DNA from: Eledone cirrhosa
Taxonomy: Eukaryota
DNA length: 64,000 bases
Reading direction: 5' to 3'
NCBI GenBank assembly: GCA_964016885.1
Contig: OZ024760.1
Coordinates: forward strand, 20,708,001-20,772,000
The notes beneath the pieces are model-generated. The model did no database searches and had not been told where the DNA came from. It saw only the letters and a list, made by a program, of their open reading frames with translations. The stretch's first letter is position 1. Every line of letters begins with the position of its first letter. Below, piece by piece: positions 63,469 to 64,000 of this stretch. A program made the position numbers and the translations under genes.

Positions 63469-64000
63469 ATCATCATCATCCTTTCATTTCACATTCACTT
63501 TTCCCTGCTTTCAAGGGTGGGAAGGGAACAGATTCTGGCTTGATTTCTACAGCTGGATGCCCTTCCTAACACCAACCTCATTTACAGTGAGTGCTGGGTG
63601 CTCTTTTACCATGGCACCTCCACGACCACTTTGCAGTGGAATGATAGGGACCCCAGTTCCTATCATCTCATTTCTACAGCTGAGTAAACTGGAACAATGT
63701 GAGATAAAGTGTCTTGCTCAAGGAAACAACACATCACCCGGTCTGAGAATTGAACTCACAACCTTTCGAAACTATATAGATATATACTGAGATATAAATA
63801 TACTTGTTCCTCAACCTACAACTTATAACATATTCTTTGAAAATGAAAACCATTTTCTCTAGGACACACCATTTCAGAACCTTTGATAGACACACACACA
63901 CACATACATTCTCATTTATAGCATATGTGTGTGTGTTTCTGCATTACAATGAAAGTGTTGTGAAGCACAGCACAACAACAACTAGACCAACTGCCAACTT

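Overview
AT-rich, microsatellite- and SINE-dense animal genomic DNA; the SINE types resemble those described from octopus, so a coleoid cephalopod is inferred. The window holds the 3' part of a large minus-strand LRP1-like (LDL-receptor family) gene. I traced 23 GT-AG exons with consistent phases from 60975 down to 12261, encoding 5 LDLa repeats, 2 EGF, a YWTD propeller, about 10 EGF-like modules, a TM helix and an NPxY tail; a weaker terminal-exon candidate lies at 8605. The introns carry a Ty3/gypsy LTR element lacking protease and RT, a non-autonomous Helitron, a pogo/Tigger relic, RTE, CR1 and R4-type LINE fragments, many SINEs, Penelope-type minimal hammerhead ribozymes and many minisatellites. 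The most striking feature is a 13-kb, indel-free array of about 288 x 45 bp between the TM exon and the NPxY exon. Its unit is the amplified 3' splice-site region of the NPxY exon, its sense-strand AGs are in the same phase as the real acceptor, and that frame has no stops. On the opposite strand it reads as a KR-punctuated polyprotein. Several other repeats also appear to originate at splice junctions of this gene. All functional interpretations are hypotheses from sequence alone.
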